DNA from: Chloroflexota bacterium
Lineage (GTDB): Bacteria; Chloroflexota; Dehalococcoidia; Lucifugimonadales; UBA826
NCBI GenBank assembly: GCA_002722155.1
Contig: PBKS01000001.1
Location: 91,644-155,643, forward strand
DNA: 64,000 nt
Direction: 5' to 3'
This document shows positions 1 to 10,500 of the stretch, piece after piece. A program made the position numbers and the translations under genes. The notes below the pieces were generated by a model. That model was not told where the DNA came from and did not search any database. It saw nothing but the letters and a program-made list of their open reading frames with translations. Each line of letters begins with the position of its first letter. The stretch's first letter is position 1.

Positions 1-131
1 AGACTGGGAGGTATTTCTCTCTCTTCAGTAATTGTCCGCGAGGCATCCAGAATCTTAGGAACAAATTCCTTAGCAATATCAAAAAAGGTGCCATTTTTGC
101 TTGTTTGTGAACTACTATTTATATCAACCAT
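1..131 (-). CDS. 5' part of a gene running off the window; probably an acyl-CoA-dehydrogenase-fold flavin-dependent monooxygenase
   Basis: Manual translation from ATG at 131 (GAGGA RBS upstream): MVDINSSSQTSKNGTFFDIAKEFVPKILDASRTITEEREIPPS. Resembles the N-terminal helix of HsaA-like/ACAD-fold proteins; only 43 codons are visible. Confidence 0.45.
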   Translation of the reverse strand, partial: MVDINSSSQTSKNGTFFDIAKEFVPKILDASRTITEEREIPPS

Positions 132-308
132 AATTCCTCAAACCCAAGCCTACGGGCCGGTATATACTAATTTAACCCCGTCAATAATAAGCAATTTAGC
201 TACGAATACACCAATGCTTGTTTCCGGTGTAGTAAGTTAGAAGGATATTTAACTATACTTGTCTACTAAAAATCTACTGAGCAAACATTCTAGTTTCACC
301 GAGGTAAA

Positions 309-1394
309 TTGATGCTAAATCTGGAGTCACTACTACTGAGACTTTCAAATGCCCCAGGACCTCCAGGGTTCGAAAATGCCGTACGCCAAATAGTGAAGAA
401 CGAATTAGATTCATATGTCGATTCATTAGAAACAGATGGAATGGGTTCGCTAATTGCATTAAAAAATGGCCCTCCTGATTCTCCTAAAATAATGCTTTCA
501 GCACATATGGATGAAGTCGGATTACTGGTGAGATATATAACTTCAGATGGTTTTATAAAATTTCAAAACCTAGGAGGATGGCTCGATCAAGCTTTAATCG
601 GACAAAGATGGCAAATAATGACATCGAAAGGGATTGTCCTAGGAATAACAGGAATCAAAACCCCTCATATTATGTCCGTTGAGGAAAGAGGCAAAGTTCT
701 TAAGGGTGAGAGTCTCTTTTTGGATGTCGGAGCGAAGAACAAAACCGATGCTGAAGAACGCCTCGGTATAAGGCCGGGGGATCCAATAGCTCCAAGTAGT
801 GAAGCCACAATATTAAATAAAAGTGAATTTATTTTAGGCAAGGCATGGGACGACAGGGCCGGGCTAGCAGTTCTGATAGCAGTTATGGAGTCAATCAAAG
901 ACACCAATTTACCCTTCCATGTTTATGCTGTTGCAACCGTACAGGAAGAAGTCGGTCTGAGAGGAGCCCATACAAGTAGTTATGCTGTAAACCCGGATAT
1001 AGGTTTAAATTTGGAATCTGGTGTGGCGGGAGACTACCCTGGTATCTCTCAGTATGAGGCTCAAGAGAAACTCAATGGCGGGCCAGCAATATTTTTACAT
1101 GATTCATCGATGCTTCCTAATTTAAAACTTCGTGATTTCGTAACGGAGACTGCCGATAAGGCGGGGATATCCCTACAGTTCAATGTCCTGAGCGGGTACG
1201 GCCAAGATGGAGCAGAAATGCAAAAAGCTTTTGAAGGAACTCCTGCAATAAATTTAACCGTCCCGACAAGGTACCTACACAGCCACAATTCCATCATAAG
1301 TTTGGAAGATGTCAAATTAGCAGTAAAGCTTGTCGAAAAGTGTATATCAACACTTGACCTCAAACTGATCGAAAGTTTGAAAAACTTCGATTAG
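309..1394 (+). CDS. M42 family metallopeptidase (TET-like aminopeptidase)
   Basis: Motifs SAHMDEVG, GKAWDDRAG, VQEEVGLRGA, RYLHS. Confidence 0.92.
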   Translation: MMLNLESLLLRLSNAPGPPGFENAVRQIVKNELDSYVDSLETDGMGSLIALKNGPPDSPKIMLSAHMDEVGLLVRYITSDGFIKFQNLGGWLDQALIGQRWQIMTSKGIVLGITGIKTPHIMSVEERGKVLKGESLFLDVGAKNKTDAEERLGIRPGDPIAPSSEATILNKSEFILGKAWDDRAGLAVLIAVMESIKDTNLPFHVYAVATVQEEVGLRGAHTSSYAVNPDIGLNLESGVAGDYPGISQYEAQEKLNGGPAIFLHDSSMLPNLKLRDFVTETADKAGISLQFNVLSGYGQDGAEMQKAFEGTPAINLTVPTRYLHSHNSIISLEDVKLAVKLVEKCISTLDLKLIESLKNFD

Positions 1395-1415
1395 CGTATG
1401 TGCAGGTAGTTTTCT

Positions 1416-1853
1416 ATGAATCTTCGATCCTTGCTTATAGTCACATTCAGCAGATTTCACACTCTGGTACTTCGGCTTACTAGAGGGAAATTGATGAAAA
1501 GATTATTGGGATTAGACATGTTGTTACTTACTACGGTTGGCAGAAAAACAGGCCAAAAACGATATACCCCTTTACTGTTCAAAAAAATAGAAGGCAGCTT
1601 CCATTGTGCTGGCTCCTTTGGAGGAAGTGATAAACCTCCTCATTGGTATAGCAACATACTATCCGATCCCTCAGTGGAAATCCTGGCAGAAGGCAGAACT
1701 TTTCAGGCTCAAGCACACATACTTGAAGGAAATGCAAAAGCAGATGCCTGGAATTCTTTGATAGATTTATATCCCAATTTTCAAAAATACCAGAACAGAA
1801 CTGACCGAGTTATACCTGTAGTTAAATTTGAAGGTAAATCAAATTGCGATTGA
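1416..1853 (+). CDS. Deazaflavin (F420)-dependent oxidoreductase, Ddn/DUF385 family
   Basis: LLLTTVGRKTG...TPL, SFGG..PHWYSN, YQNRTDRVIPVV. Confidence 0.9.
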   Translation: MNLRSLLIVTFSRFHTLVLRLTRGKLMKRLLGLDMLLLTTVGRKTGQKRYTPLLFKKIEGSFHCAGSFGGSDKPPHWYSNILSDPSVEILAEGRTFQAQAHILEGNAKADAWNSLIDLYPNFQKYQNRTDRVIPVVKFEGKSNCD

Positions 1854-1930
1854 CTCCTACTATTTGTCCAACTAACATTTAGATATCAGATTAAAAGTAA
1901 GTTTTAATATGAAGCGTAATCATTATCAAT

Positions 1931-2004
1931 GCGCTTGTAGCTCAGTTGGATAGAGCGCAGCCCTGCGAAGGCTGAGGTCGTGGGTTCAAGTCCCGCCAAG
2001 CGCG
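1931..2004 (+). tRNA. tRNA-Arg, anticodon GCG (no encoded CCA)
   Basis: Acceptor GCGCTTG/CAAGCGC, D arm GCTC/GAGC with A20, anticodon arm CAGCC-CTGCGAA-GGCTG, T loop TTCAAGT, discriminator G. Confidence 0.95.
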
Positions 2005-2015
2005 CGCTACATTGA

Positions 2016-2092
2016 GGGCGATTAGCTCAGTTGGTTAGAGCACCTGCTTTACACGCAGGGAGTCGGGGGTTCGAGTCCCTCATCGCCCACCA
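2016..2092 (+). tRNA. tRNA-Val, anticodon TAC (CCA encoded)
   Basis: Acceptor GGGCGAT/ATCGCCC, anticodon arm CCTGC-TTTACAC-GCAGG, TTCGAGT, ends ACCA. Confidence 0.96.
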
Positions 2093-2206
2093 TTTCTCAA
2101 AAACACCGCTGCCTACAACAGTTACCCTTTGCGATTATTTCATGGTTTGCTGTTATCGCTATTCCTAATATGCGATCATATTTGGTAAATCTTCGCATAA
2201 TTTAAA

Positions 2207-3202
2207 ATGACAAGATGGGGGGGGAAATTGGAAAGCGAATATACTCACGCAACAACAACAGCCAAACTCATAACAGAGAATATCAGTAAAGTTATAGTTG
2301 GAAAACAAAATTCCGTTGAACTGGCAACGATAGCACTCATGAGTGGTGGCCATATTTTGGTTGAAGACGTACCTGGAGTTGGGAAAACCTTATTAGCTAA
2401 AAGTCTAGCTATATCCAGTGGGTGCAGTTTCAAAAGGATTCAATTCACTCCTGATTTATTACCCACTGATGTCAGTGGTGTATCAATATACAATCAAAAA
2501 AGCGGTGACTTTGAATTTCGCGAAGGACCTATAGTTTCTCAAATCGTATTGGCTGATGAAATAAATAGAGCCACTCCTAAAACCCAATCTGCGATGCTGG
2601 AAGCAATGGAGGAGAACCAAGTAACAATGGAGGGTATAACTAGAGAACTTCCGAAACCTTTTATGGTTGTTGCTACACAAAACCCCATTGAATACGAAGG
2701 CACCTTTCCTCTACCTGAGGCCCAACTCGATAGATTTTTGCTGAAAGTCAACCTTGGGTATCCGGATCAAAGTGAGGAAATTTTAATTTTGGACAGCCAA
2801 TCGCTTGGTCACCCAATTGACAAAATCGATCCCGTCGTAACACCTCAAATGGTCACTACTATGCAAGATACAGTCAAAAGGGTTTACGTGGACAATCTCA
2901 TAAAAGAATATATCGTAAAAGTAGTCGGTCAGACCAGAAATATGGTCGAATTGAATTTAGGTAGTTCTCCTAGGGGGTCCATAGCGTTACAGCGAGCGAG
3001 CCAAGCCTTGGCTCTAATGAGAAATAGAGATTACGTACTACCGGACGATGTTAAACAGTTAGCTACCTCAATTTTATCCCATAGGATCATACCCTCACCT
3101 TCCGCACGAATGAACGGAATGAGACCCTATCAAATGATTGAAGATTTAGTTAAATCTACCCCGATTCCAGGTGAAAATTCACAAAATTGGCTCAGGAGAT
3201 AA
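2207..3202 (+). CDS. moxR: MoxR family AAA+ ATPase (start may be TTG 2228)
   Basis: EDVPGVGKT, RIQFTPDLLPTD, LADEINRA, ATQNPIEYEGTFPLPEAQLDRF. Confidence 0.95.
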   Translation: MTRWGGKLESEYTHATTTAKLITENISKVIVGKQNSVELATIALMSGGHILVEDVPGVGKTLLAKSLAISSGCSFKRIQFTPDLLPTDVSGVSIYNQKSGDFEFREGPIVSQIVLADEINRATPKTQSAMLEAMEENQVTMEGITRELPKPFMVVATQNPIEYEGTFPLPEAQLDRFLLKVNLGYPDQSEEILILDSQSLGHPIDKIDPVVTPQMVTTMQDTVKRVYVDNLIKEYIVKVVGQTRNMVELNLGSSPRGSIALQRASQALALMRNRDYVLPDDVKQLATSILSHRIIPSPSARMNGMRPYQMIEDLVKSTPIPGENSQNWLRR

Positions 3203-4463
3203 GTCAATTACAAAAATTAAACTGCTCCCAACCTCAAGATTCTATTTGATAATTTTGCTGCTAATTATCACAACTATCACGGCCTTAGCTACTGGACTCG
3301 GAATTTTTTTTAGACTCGGATATCTAATCTCCTTGATTTGTTTAGTATCGTTATTTACCACCTTTATAAATATAAGAAAAATTGAAGTCACTATAGATCG
3401 TCGAAACCATGTTCTCAGTGTAGGAGAAGTAATAGATAAAAGAATAAGGATTAGAAATCTTAGTTTAATACCTAAAACTTTATTGGTTACTACAGATTTA
3501 ACCACTATCCCAAAATACACAAGTTCTTACGCTTTAGGATTGACAACTAAAGGATATAGGTCATGGAGATCAATGGACAAGGCCCTCCAAAGAGGTGTGT
3601 TCCAGATGGGTCCAGCTGAAATCTCTACAACTGACCTTCTCGGTCTATATAGAGCTAGAAGTTTACATGGGACTACAAAAAAAATAATGATATACCCAAA
3701 AATAAGTGATTTGGGAAATTTCCAGACTGGTAGCAGTAACCTTCCTAGCGAAGGAATGGTCAGAAAAAAATCAAATATCCTGTCTCCTCACGCCTCAAGT
3801 GTAAGAGAATACACCTATGGCGATAGTTTGAGCCGTATACATTGGAAAACTACAGCTCGTTCCGGGCGCCTTATGTCCAAAGAATTTGATGTTGGTACCT
3901 CAAATGAGATCATGATACTCAATGATTTAGACAAATCTATCCAATTCGGACATTTTGATGAAAGTACAACAGAGCTTTCAATCACATTGGTTGCATCCCT
4001 GATTAAAAAATATAGTGATTCCAATATACCGGTGGGATTCTTAAGTCATGGCATGGAACGCTACTATCAGGCTCCAAATATAGGATACTCTCATCTTGAC
4101 AGAAGTATGCAAATTTTGGCTTCAGCTCAAGCTGGCAACAATAAAAAGCTGCATCATGTGTTATCGGATGAAAGGAATATATGGGTCTCTCATTCATCTA
4201 TGATTCTTATAACATCATCAACAGAAATTGAATGGGTCGGAGCTTTATCGGAACTGTTGAACCTGACAGCAGACATAACTGTTATTTTAATCGATCCCTT
4301 TTCTTTCGGTGGTGAATCGGATCAAGCATCAGTCATCTCAACCCTGGGCACAGTGGGAATATCTCCCTACCTTATTGGAAAAGGAGATTCGTTCCAGAGT
4401 GCATTTTCTCAACCTTTCCTAAACCGAGTAAATGGAAACCTTAGTGAAGTGAAATCCGCGTGA
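3171..4463 (+). CDS. DUF58 domain membrane-anchored protein
   Basis: N-terminal TM pair, VREYTYGDSLSRIHWKTTAR; follows moxR. Confidence 0.9.
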   Translation: MKIHKIGSGDKSITKIKLLPTSRFYLIILLLIITTITALATGLGIFFRLGYLISLICLVSLFTTFINIRKIEVTIDRRNHVLSVGEVIDKRIRIRNLSLIPKTLLVTTDLTTIPKYTSSYALGLTTKGYRSWRSMDKALQRGVFQMGPAEISTTDLLGLYRARSLHGTTKKIMIYPKISDLGNFQTGSSNLPSEGMVRKKSNILSPHASSVREYTYGDSLSRIHWKTTARSGRLMSKEFDVGTSNEIMILNDLDKSIQFGHFDESTTELSITLVASLIKKYSDSNIPVGFLSHGMERYYQAPNIGYSHLDRSMQILASAQAGNNKKLHHVLSDERNIWVSHSSMILITSSTEIEWVGALSELLNLTADITVILIDPFSFGGESDQASVISTLGTVGISPYLIGKGDSFQSAFSQPFLNRVNGNLSEVKSA

Positions 4464-7000
4464 ACAAAAATACGTGGGCTCCCAAAGTGCTTAGACTAAC
4501 AATAAAACCTTTGTCCCAAAAAGCTCATCCACTAAATAATCTCAAAGAACTACTACCTGAGCAGGGGATCACACTATATTTAATCCTTCTACTTTCATTC
4601 ATATGCACGATTCATATTGTAAAAACGGGTAATTGGATACCGACTCCAGGAATTTACACCGGAATAATAATTTCCAGTGCAATCCCTGCTTTTCTTAATC
4701 GAACAAAGATGCATTCTGTATTGATGCATATTATTTCCCTCGGATTAGGAACCCTGTTTGTGATTTACCAAACGCTTACTCTTATCGAAAATGTCACTCT
4801 ATCGGAAAAATTTATTGAATTGAAACTGCGTCTGGAATATTGGTATGAAATAGCAACTAACGATGGTATAAGTACTGACCTTATTCCTTACACAATGATG
4901 CTGCTCAGCCTTTCTTGGGTAATGGGACATTTCTGTTCTTGGTTTGTTTTTAGATATAACAACGCTTGGATTTCGATCCTATTCAACGGGGTATCGATAT
5001 TAACCTGCCTAAGTTTTCTACCTGAACAATACAACTCAAGGTTTTACATTTTTGCCTTCACTGCAATGATCTTAGTGACACATATCACAACGGTAAAACA
5101 AAGAAGTGATTGGATTCTGAACGGGACTTCTTTTAGTAAATCTGACGGATGGCTTACTCTTAACTCAGCTGTTTGGTATAGCGTAGCAATATTGGTTCTC
5201 TCCACCGCAATTCCATTAAAACTTTATGTCTCACGACCGGTGGCGGATGCATGGAAATCAGCCCGAACACCGGTAGCTCAGATTGAAGAGGAATTTACGC
5301 GGCTTCTTGGAAGCGTCCCATCTAGGACACAACAAAATGGTCGGTTTTTCGGTAAATTCCTGCCTTTCATAGGATCCATTTCTTTTAGAGAAGAAGGAAT
5401 ATTAACTACTAAATCTGATTATCCCAATTATTGGGTTTCGCGGACATATGACACTTACACTCATGAGGGTTGGATATCAGGTGACACCGCCACCATCAAT
5501 GTCCAAAAAAATTCTAACTTCAATAACTCCAAAGGTATAAAATCAACGAAATCAATTAATCAGGTCCTGGAAATGTCATTCCCATCAAAGCAATTCTTCT
5601 CTGGTGGCAATGTCTTTAATGTCAGTGAGGCGATAGAACTAGAATCACTAAAACCCAAACATTTTAAATTGGTAATAGGAGATGCTAAGTCTGACAGTTC
5701 TTTACCTTTGGACTTACAAAAATTTGAAGCAGTAATAGAAAAAACATATACCGAATCTGATTTTGATATAGAAAGTAACAGTTATGAAGATTTATTAATA
5801 CAAAACCTCCCAGAGGAATACGAATATATACATACTTCAGAAGCTGAAGATAACATCAAAACCCTCAATCTAGTTCGGAGCAACCCTCCAAATTGGGATA
5901 TTGTAAATTGGAATCTATCTAGGCAAATTCCCGCAAACAAAAAGCTGTCGATGGTCTCTACCATTTCGGTATCAACCCCAAAAGATCTTAGAGATGCCGG
6001 CAAAAATTACCACGGCTTTATTACAGATCACTACTTGGGACTTCCCGAAGATATACCTACCAGAATAGCCGACCTCGCCAAAATGATTACATTTGGAAAA
6101 ACAAATTCATACGACAAAGCCACAGCAATTGAAAAGTACCTTAGGAGCGGTTTCTATCAATACTCTCAAAATATTTCAACTCCTCCAGTCGGTGTGGATG
6201 GAGTCGACTATTTTTTGTTCACCAGTAAAACAGGATACAGTGATTATTTTGCTTCGGCGATGACAGTTATGCTTCGCAGTATAGAAATACCATCAAGACT
6301 TGCAACGGGCTACTCTCCTGGATCGTTCAATTATGAAAAGGATCTTTCAACAATTAAAGATTCAGACAGTCATGGCTGGGTTCAAGTATATTTCCCCGGT
6401 TATGGTTGGATTGATTTTGAGCCAACTCCCAATTGGGAAATACCTTCGAGAAATCTAAGGAGAAAAACCCCTTCATCCTTTATAAGGTCTGAAAGTGTTT
6501 ACAAGGATGGCGATTACCCAAAGCGCCCTGACGATCTCTACGACGATTTAGGACCCGGAGGTGAAAGTGTTAAAGACAATGCTACAAGCACAAATATATT
6601 AACTCAACAAACTATTATGATACCTGCCTCTCTGATTTTCTCATCAGCATTCCTATCACTGTTGTTAACAGTTTTCTGGAAATACGGCCTATTTGGACTA
6701 TCTCAAACCGAGATAATAGTAACCAAAATGTACCGGTTCTCTAGATTAGCGGGTATATCGAAGAATAATTATCAAACCATAGAGGAATATGCTCTATTAT
6801 TATCTGCCCGATACCCAGTAATAAAGACGGATATATATAAAATCACCAATGCCCATATGATGGAAAAATATTCTGGCCGCTCTTATTCCCTCGTTGATTT
6901 GGACCCATCGTGGACCATAGTCCGATCACACATAATGAAAGATTTTATTAAGCGCATTTTCCAATGGACTCAGAAAAATGACAGCATCAAATCTAATTAA
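4460..7000 (+). CDS. Transglutaminase-like (TgpA/DUF3488-type) membrane protein, catalytic Cys replaced by Ser
   Basis: Multi-TM N-terminus; core GYSDYFASAMTVMLR...SHGWVQVYFPGYGWIDFEPT; 4-nt overlap with the DUF58 gene. Confidence 0.88.
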   Translation: MNKNTWAPKVLRLTIKPLSQKAHPLNNLKELLPEQGITLYLILLLSFICTIHIVKTGNWIPTPGIYTGIIISSAIPAFLNRTKMHSVLMHIISLGLGTLFVIYQTLTLIENVTLSEKFIELKLRLEYWYEIATNDGISTDLIPYTMMLLSLSWVMGHFCSWFVFRYNNAWISILFNGVSILTCLSFLPEQYNSRFYIFAFTAMILVTHITTVKQRSDWILNGTSFSKSDGWLTLNSAVWYSVAILVLSTAIPLKLYVSRPVADAWKSARTPVAQIEEEFTRLLGSVPSRTQQNGRFFGKFLPFIGSISFREEGILTTKSDYPNYWVSRTYDTYTHEGWISGDTATINVQKNSNFNNSKGIKSTKSINQVLEMSFPSKQFFSGGNVFNVSEAIELESLKPKHFKLVIGDAKSDSSLPLDLQKFEAVIEKTYTESDFDIESNSYEDLLIQNLPEEYEYIHTSEAEDNIKTLNLVRSNPPNWDIVNWNLSRQIPANKKLSMVSTISVSTPKDLRDAGKNYHGFITDHYLGLPEDIPTRIADLAKMITFGKTNSYDKATAIEKYLRSGFYQYSQNISTPPVGVDGVDYFLFTSKTGYSDYFASAMTVMLRSIEIPSRLATGYSPGSFNYEKDLSTIKDSDSHGWVQVYFPGYGWIDFEPTPNWEIPSRNLRRKTPSSFIRSESVYKDGDYPKRPDDLYDDLGPGGESVKDNATSTNILTQQTIMIPASLIFSSAFLSLLLTVFWKYGLFGLSQTEIIVTKMYRFSRLAGISKNNYQTIEEYALLLSARYPVIKTDIYKITNAHMMEKYSGRSYSLVDLDPSWTIVRSHIMKDFIKRIFQWTQKNDSIKSN

Positions 7001-7508
7001 TACAAAGTTTCAATCGGTATTCGGCTGGATAGGCTTAGAAAAAAGTAGCAAAGGTATAACACGCTGTTCTCTTCCTCAAATGAATGAAGATATCTGCAGA
7101 AAAGAAATCCTAGGATGGAACTCTAACCATACTGTAAAAACAGACTTGTTTTCAGAAGAAATCAAACATATAAATGATTATCTAGAAGGAAAAAACTACT
7201 CTCTTCCTGTAATTACCTTAGATATATCAAAAGCGTCCGAGTTCTATAAAAATGTTTGGAAGATCTGCCGGTCAATACCAATCGGCAATACCAGGTCGTA
7301 CAAATGGGTTGCGACGCAGAGTGGAAGTCCCAAGGCCTCTAGAGCTGTGGGGCAAGCCATGGCCAACAACAAAATCACTCTCATAATACCGTGTCATAGA
7401 GTCGTAGGGGCAGATGGAAATTTAACTGGATTCGGAAAAGGTAAAACCCGATTAGATCTTAAGATGGACCTACTTAAACTAGAATCGAACTATCTTCTAA
7501 AACATTAG
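6978..7508 (+). CDS. ogt: Methylated-DNA--protein-cysteine S-methyltransferase
   Basis: RAVGQA, IPCHRVV active site. Confidence 0.93.
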   Translation: MTASNLINTKFQSVFGWIGLEKSSKGITRCSLPQMNEDICRKEILGWNSNHTVKTDLFSEEIKHINDYLEGKNYSLPVITLDISKASEFYKNVWKICRSIPIGNTRSYKWVATQSGSPKASRAVGQAMANNKITLIIPCHRVVGADGNLTGFGKGKTRLDLKMDLLKLESNYLLKH

Positions 7509-10500
7509 ACTCTGTATTGAAACCTTGCCGGAAGAACCTATAACCTCTGATAATTTCGATTCTAGTTCAGGTGTTGCATCTATTTTTACTGGCGGCCATT
7601 CCATTAACACAATCGAAGAATCTGTCTCAATTTCAATCCCAACCTCGTCGTTCCCTGAAGAAGCTAGAAGGAGTCTTTTCAAATCATCAAGAAGCATTTG
7701 ATCAGTTCCAACATCGTTAGATTCTCTGATCGACATGATAAGTTTTTTCCGACTAACAGAAGATTTAGTTGTATCTTGATGATTTCCATTTTGGATTTCA
7801 GTTGTTTTTGATTCTTTATCCATATTATTCAAAGGTAATCCTGAACCGTTATCAGATGTTTCACGAATTTGAGGTTCCCCTTCCTCAAAAATGCTATCCA
7901 AATTAATTTCATTTGCATCAGTCACGCTTATTGTCACTTCTCCATCTCGTTCCCTTAATTTGCCTTTCATCTTAATTATCCGCCCTGGATTCCATAAATC
8001 AGATGTACGATTCAAAACATCCTCCCATACTACAGCTTCTAGGCTCCCATCCAAGACCTCTACGTTTATTAGCTTAAACGGACGATTATCTCTAGTAAAC
8101 CTGTCAACCACTGTAGATATTTGACCGGCCAGGACCACTGACTTTGAACCGTTAACACCTTGCAACTGCGTAAGCATGACGGAAACATCCTTTCCAAATC
8201 CACTAAGCAATTTACCAAGGTTACTAGCACCCGATATACTCATCCCCATCAATTCCACCTCCCAAAGCCTCTTCTGGTGATCCGAGGTCGACGAAAATGG
8301 TATTTCTATAGACGACAGTGAAGTATCTACTGAGTCACCTAGCATCTCAAACATAGTAGATTGATTTGAGTTCCTTATATTGGCTTCATCCTGAGCCAAA
8401 GAGTTTATCCGATCACTCACTCCTAAAATCCCTGTCCGATCACCGAAATTATCAAAAGCGCCTGACATAACTAAGCATTCAATAGCTTTTCTATTCAATG
8501 AACTAATGTCACCGTCGCGGCATAATTGCTCAACACTAAGAAAAGGGCCGTTTTCTTCGCGGGACTCCAAAAATGGTTTCAAAGCTTCAGAACCTATATT
8601 TTTTATAGCGGCTAAGCCAAATCTTATCGCTTTCTTGGAGTCCACATCATCTTCAATTGTAAATTTGGAATAACTTTTGTTTATATCGGGGGCCAATACT
8701 TCAATCCCCATACGGCGGCAGTCGGCTACAGCGGCGATCAAGCGATCTTTTTTGTCCATATATGAATTCATAAAAGATGCCATATATTCAGCTGGGTAGT
8801 TGGCCTTCATATAGGCGGTCCAATATGAGACCATCCCATAGCTAACACTATGTGCCTTATTGAAAGCATACCCGGCAAAAGGTTCTATTAGATCGAATAC
8901 TTGAACGGCTAGTGTTTCCGGGTGCCCCTTGTCCAATGAACCAGTTATAAATTTTGTCTTTTCTTCCGCCATTATTTCTGGATCTTTCTTTCCCATCGCC
9001 TTTCTTACAATATCAGCCTCCCCTAAAGAATAACCCGCAAATTCCCTTGCTATATGCAATACCTGATCCTGATAGACAATCACACCATATGTCTCTTCCA
9101 GTATCTCTTCCATAGCGGGATGTATATATGTGACCTCTCTCCTGCCATGTTTTCCATCAATAAAAGTACCTATGTGATCCATTGGTCCAGGCCTAAACAA
9201 AGCGATCATTGCAGCGACATCGCCAAGAGTTGAAGGTTTAAGCTCTTTTATATGTCTAGTCATTCCAGCGCTTTCTAGCTGGAATACTCCAACAGTCTCA
9301 CCTCGAGACAACATATCGAAGGTAACCTGATCATCTAAAGGTATGGATTGAAGAGTTAAAGCCTCATCGTAATTGATCTCTATAAGCTTGAGGCATTCAT
9401 CCAAAACGGTCAGATTGACGAGACCAAGAAAATCCATCTTAAGTAACCCCAAAGCGGCCACAGGTTCCATAGAATACTGGGTCATCACCGCTCCATCATC
9501 ATCACCACGAGAAGTAAATTCTAACGGCACCACATCGTTCAAAGGCTCCTTTGAAATGACCACACCAGCGGCATGGAGGCTTTTATGTCTTGTGACCCCT
9601 TCAAGTTGCTTTGCAGTATCCATTAGTTTTTGAACATCAGGACTAGTTTGGTATACATTGTTCAGATCTTGGCTTTCATGCATCGAGGATTCAAGGTCTA
9701 TATTAAGCCTTTCCGGAATCATCTTTGCTACTCGATCTACACTTTCAAGAGACATGCCCAAAGCTCTCCCTGCGTCCCTAACAGATTGGCGAGCCCCAAA
9801 GGTACCAAAGGTAATAATGTGAGCCACATGCTCTCTACCGTAGCGTGCAGAACAATAATTAATCACCTCTTGGCGTCTGTCATCTTGAAAATCCATGTCA
9901 ATATCTGGCATTTCTTTACGTTCAATATTCAAAAATCTTTCAAATACCAACTTAAATGGCATTGGATCTACATCGGTTACACCCAAACAGTAGAGAACAA
10001 GACTTGCAGCTGCACTCCCCCTTACTGTGAAAAATATGTCATTTTCCCTAACAAATCTAGCAATATCCCAAACCACCAAAAAATAATCAGGGAAACTCGT
10101 TTGCTCTATTACTTTTAACTCATATTCCAACCTAGATTTATACTCTTCACTCTTATTGCGAACTTTTTCCTCATATCCTTTCCAGCAGATCTCAGCCAGA
10201 TATTGATCGGAGGTCATTCCTTCCGGAACTGGGAATTCTGGTAGCCTTGCCTGTGAGAAATCTAATTCTAACTCACACAGCTCCGCTACCATTTCAGTAT
10301 TTTTGACCGCTTCAGGAGAATCCGGGAAAAGGGCCATCATTTCATCATGTGTCTTGAGATGATAAGAATCTTCTTCAAATCTCATTCTTCGTTCATCGTG
10401 TATATTTGTGTTAGTTTGTATACACAATAAAACCTCATGATCAATGGCATTTTGCTGATCCACATAATGTGAATCATTACTAGCAACCAAAGGAATTTTT

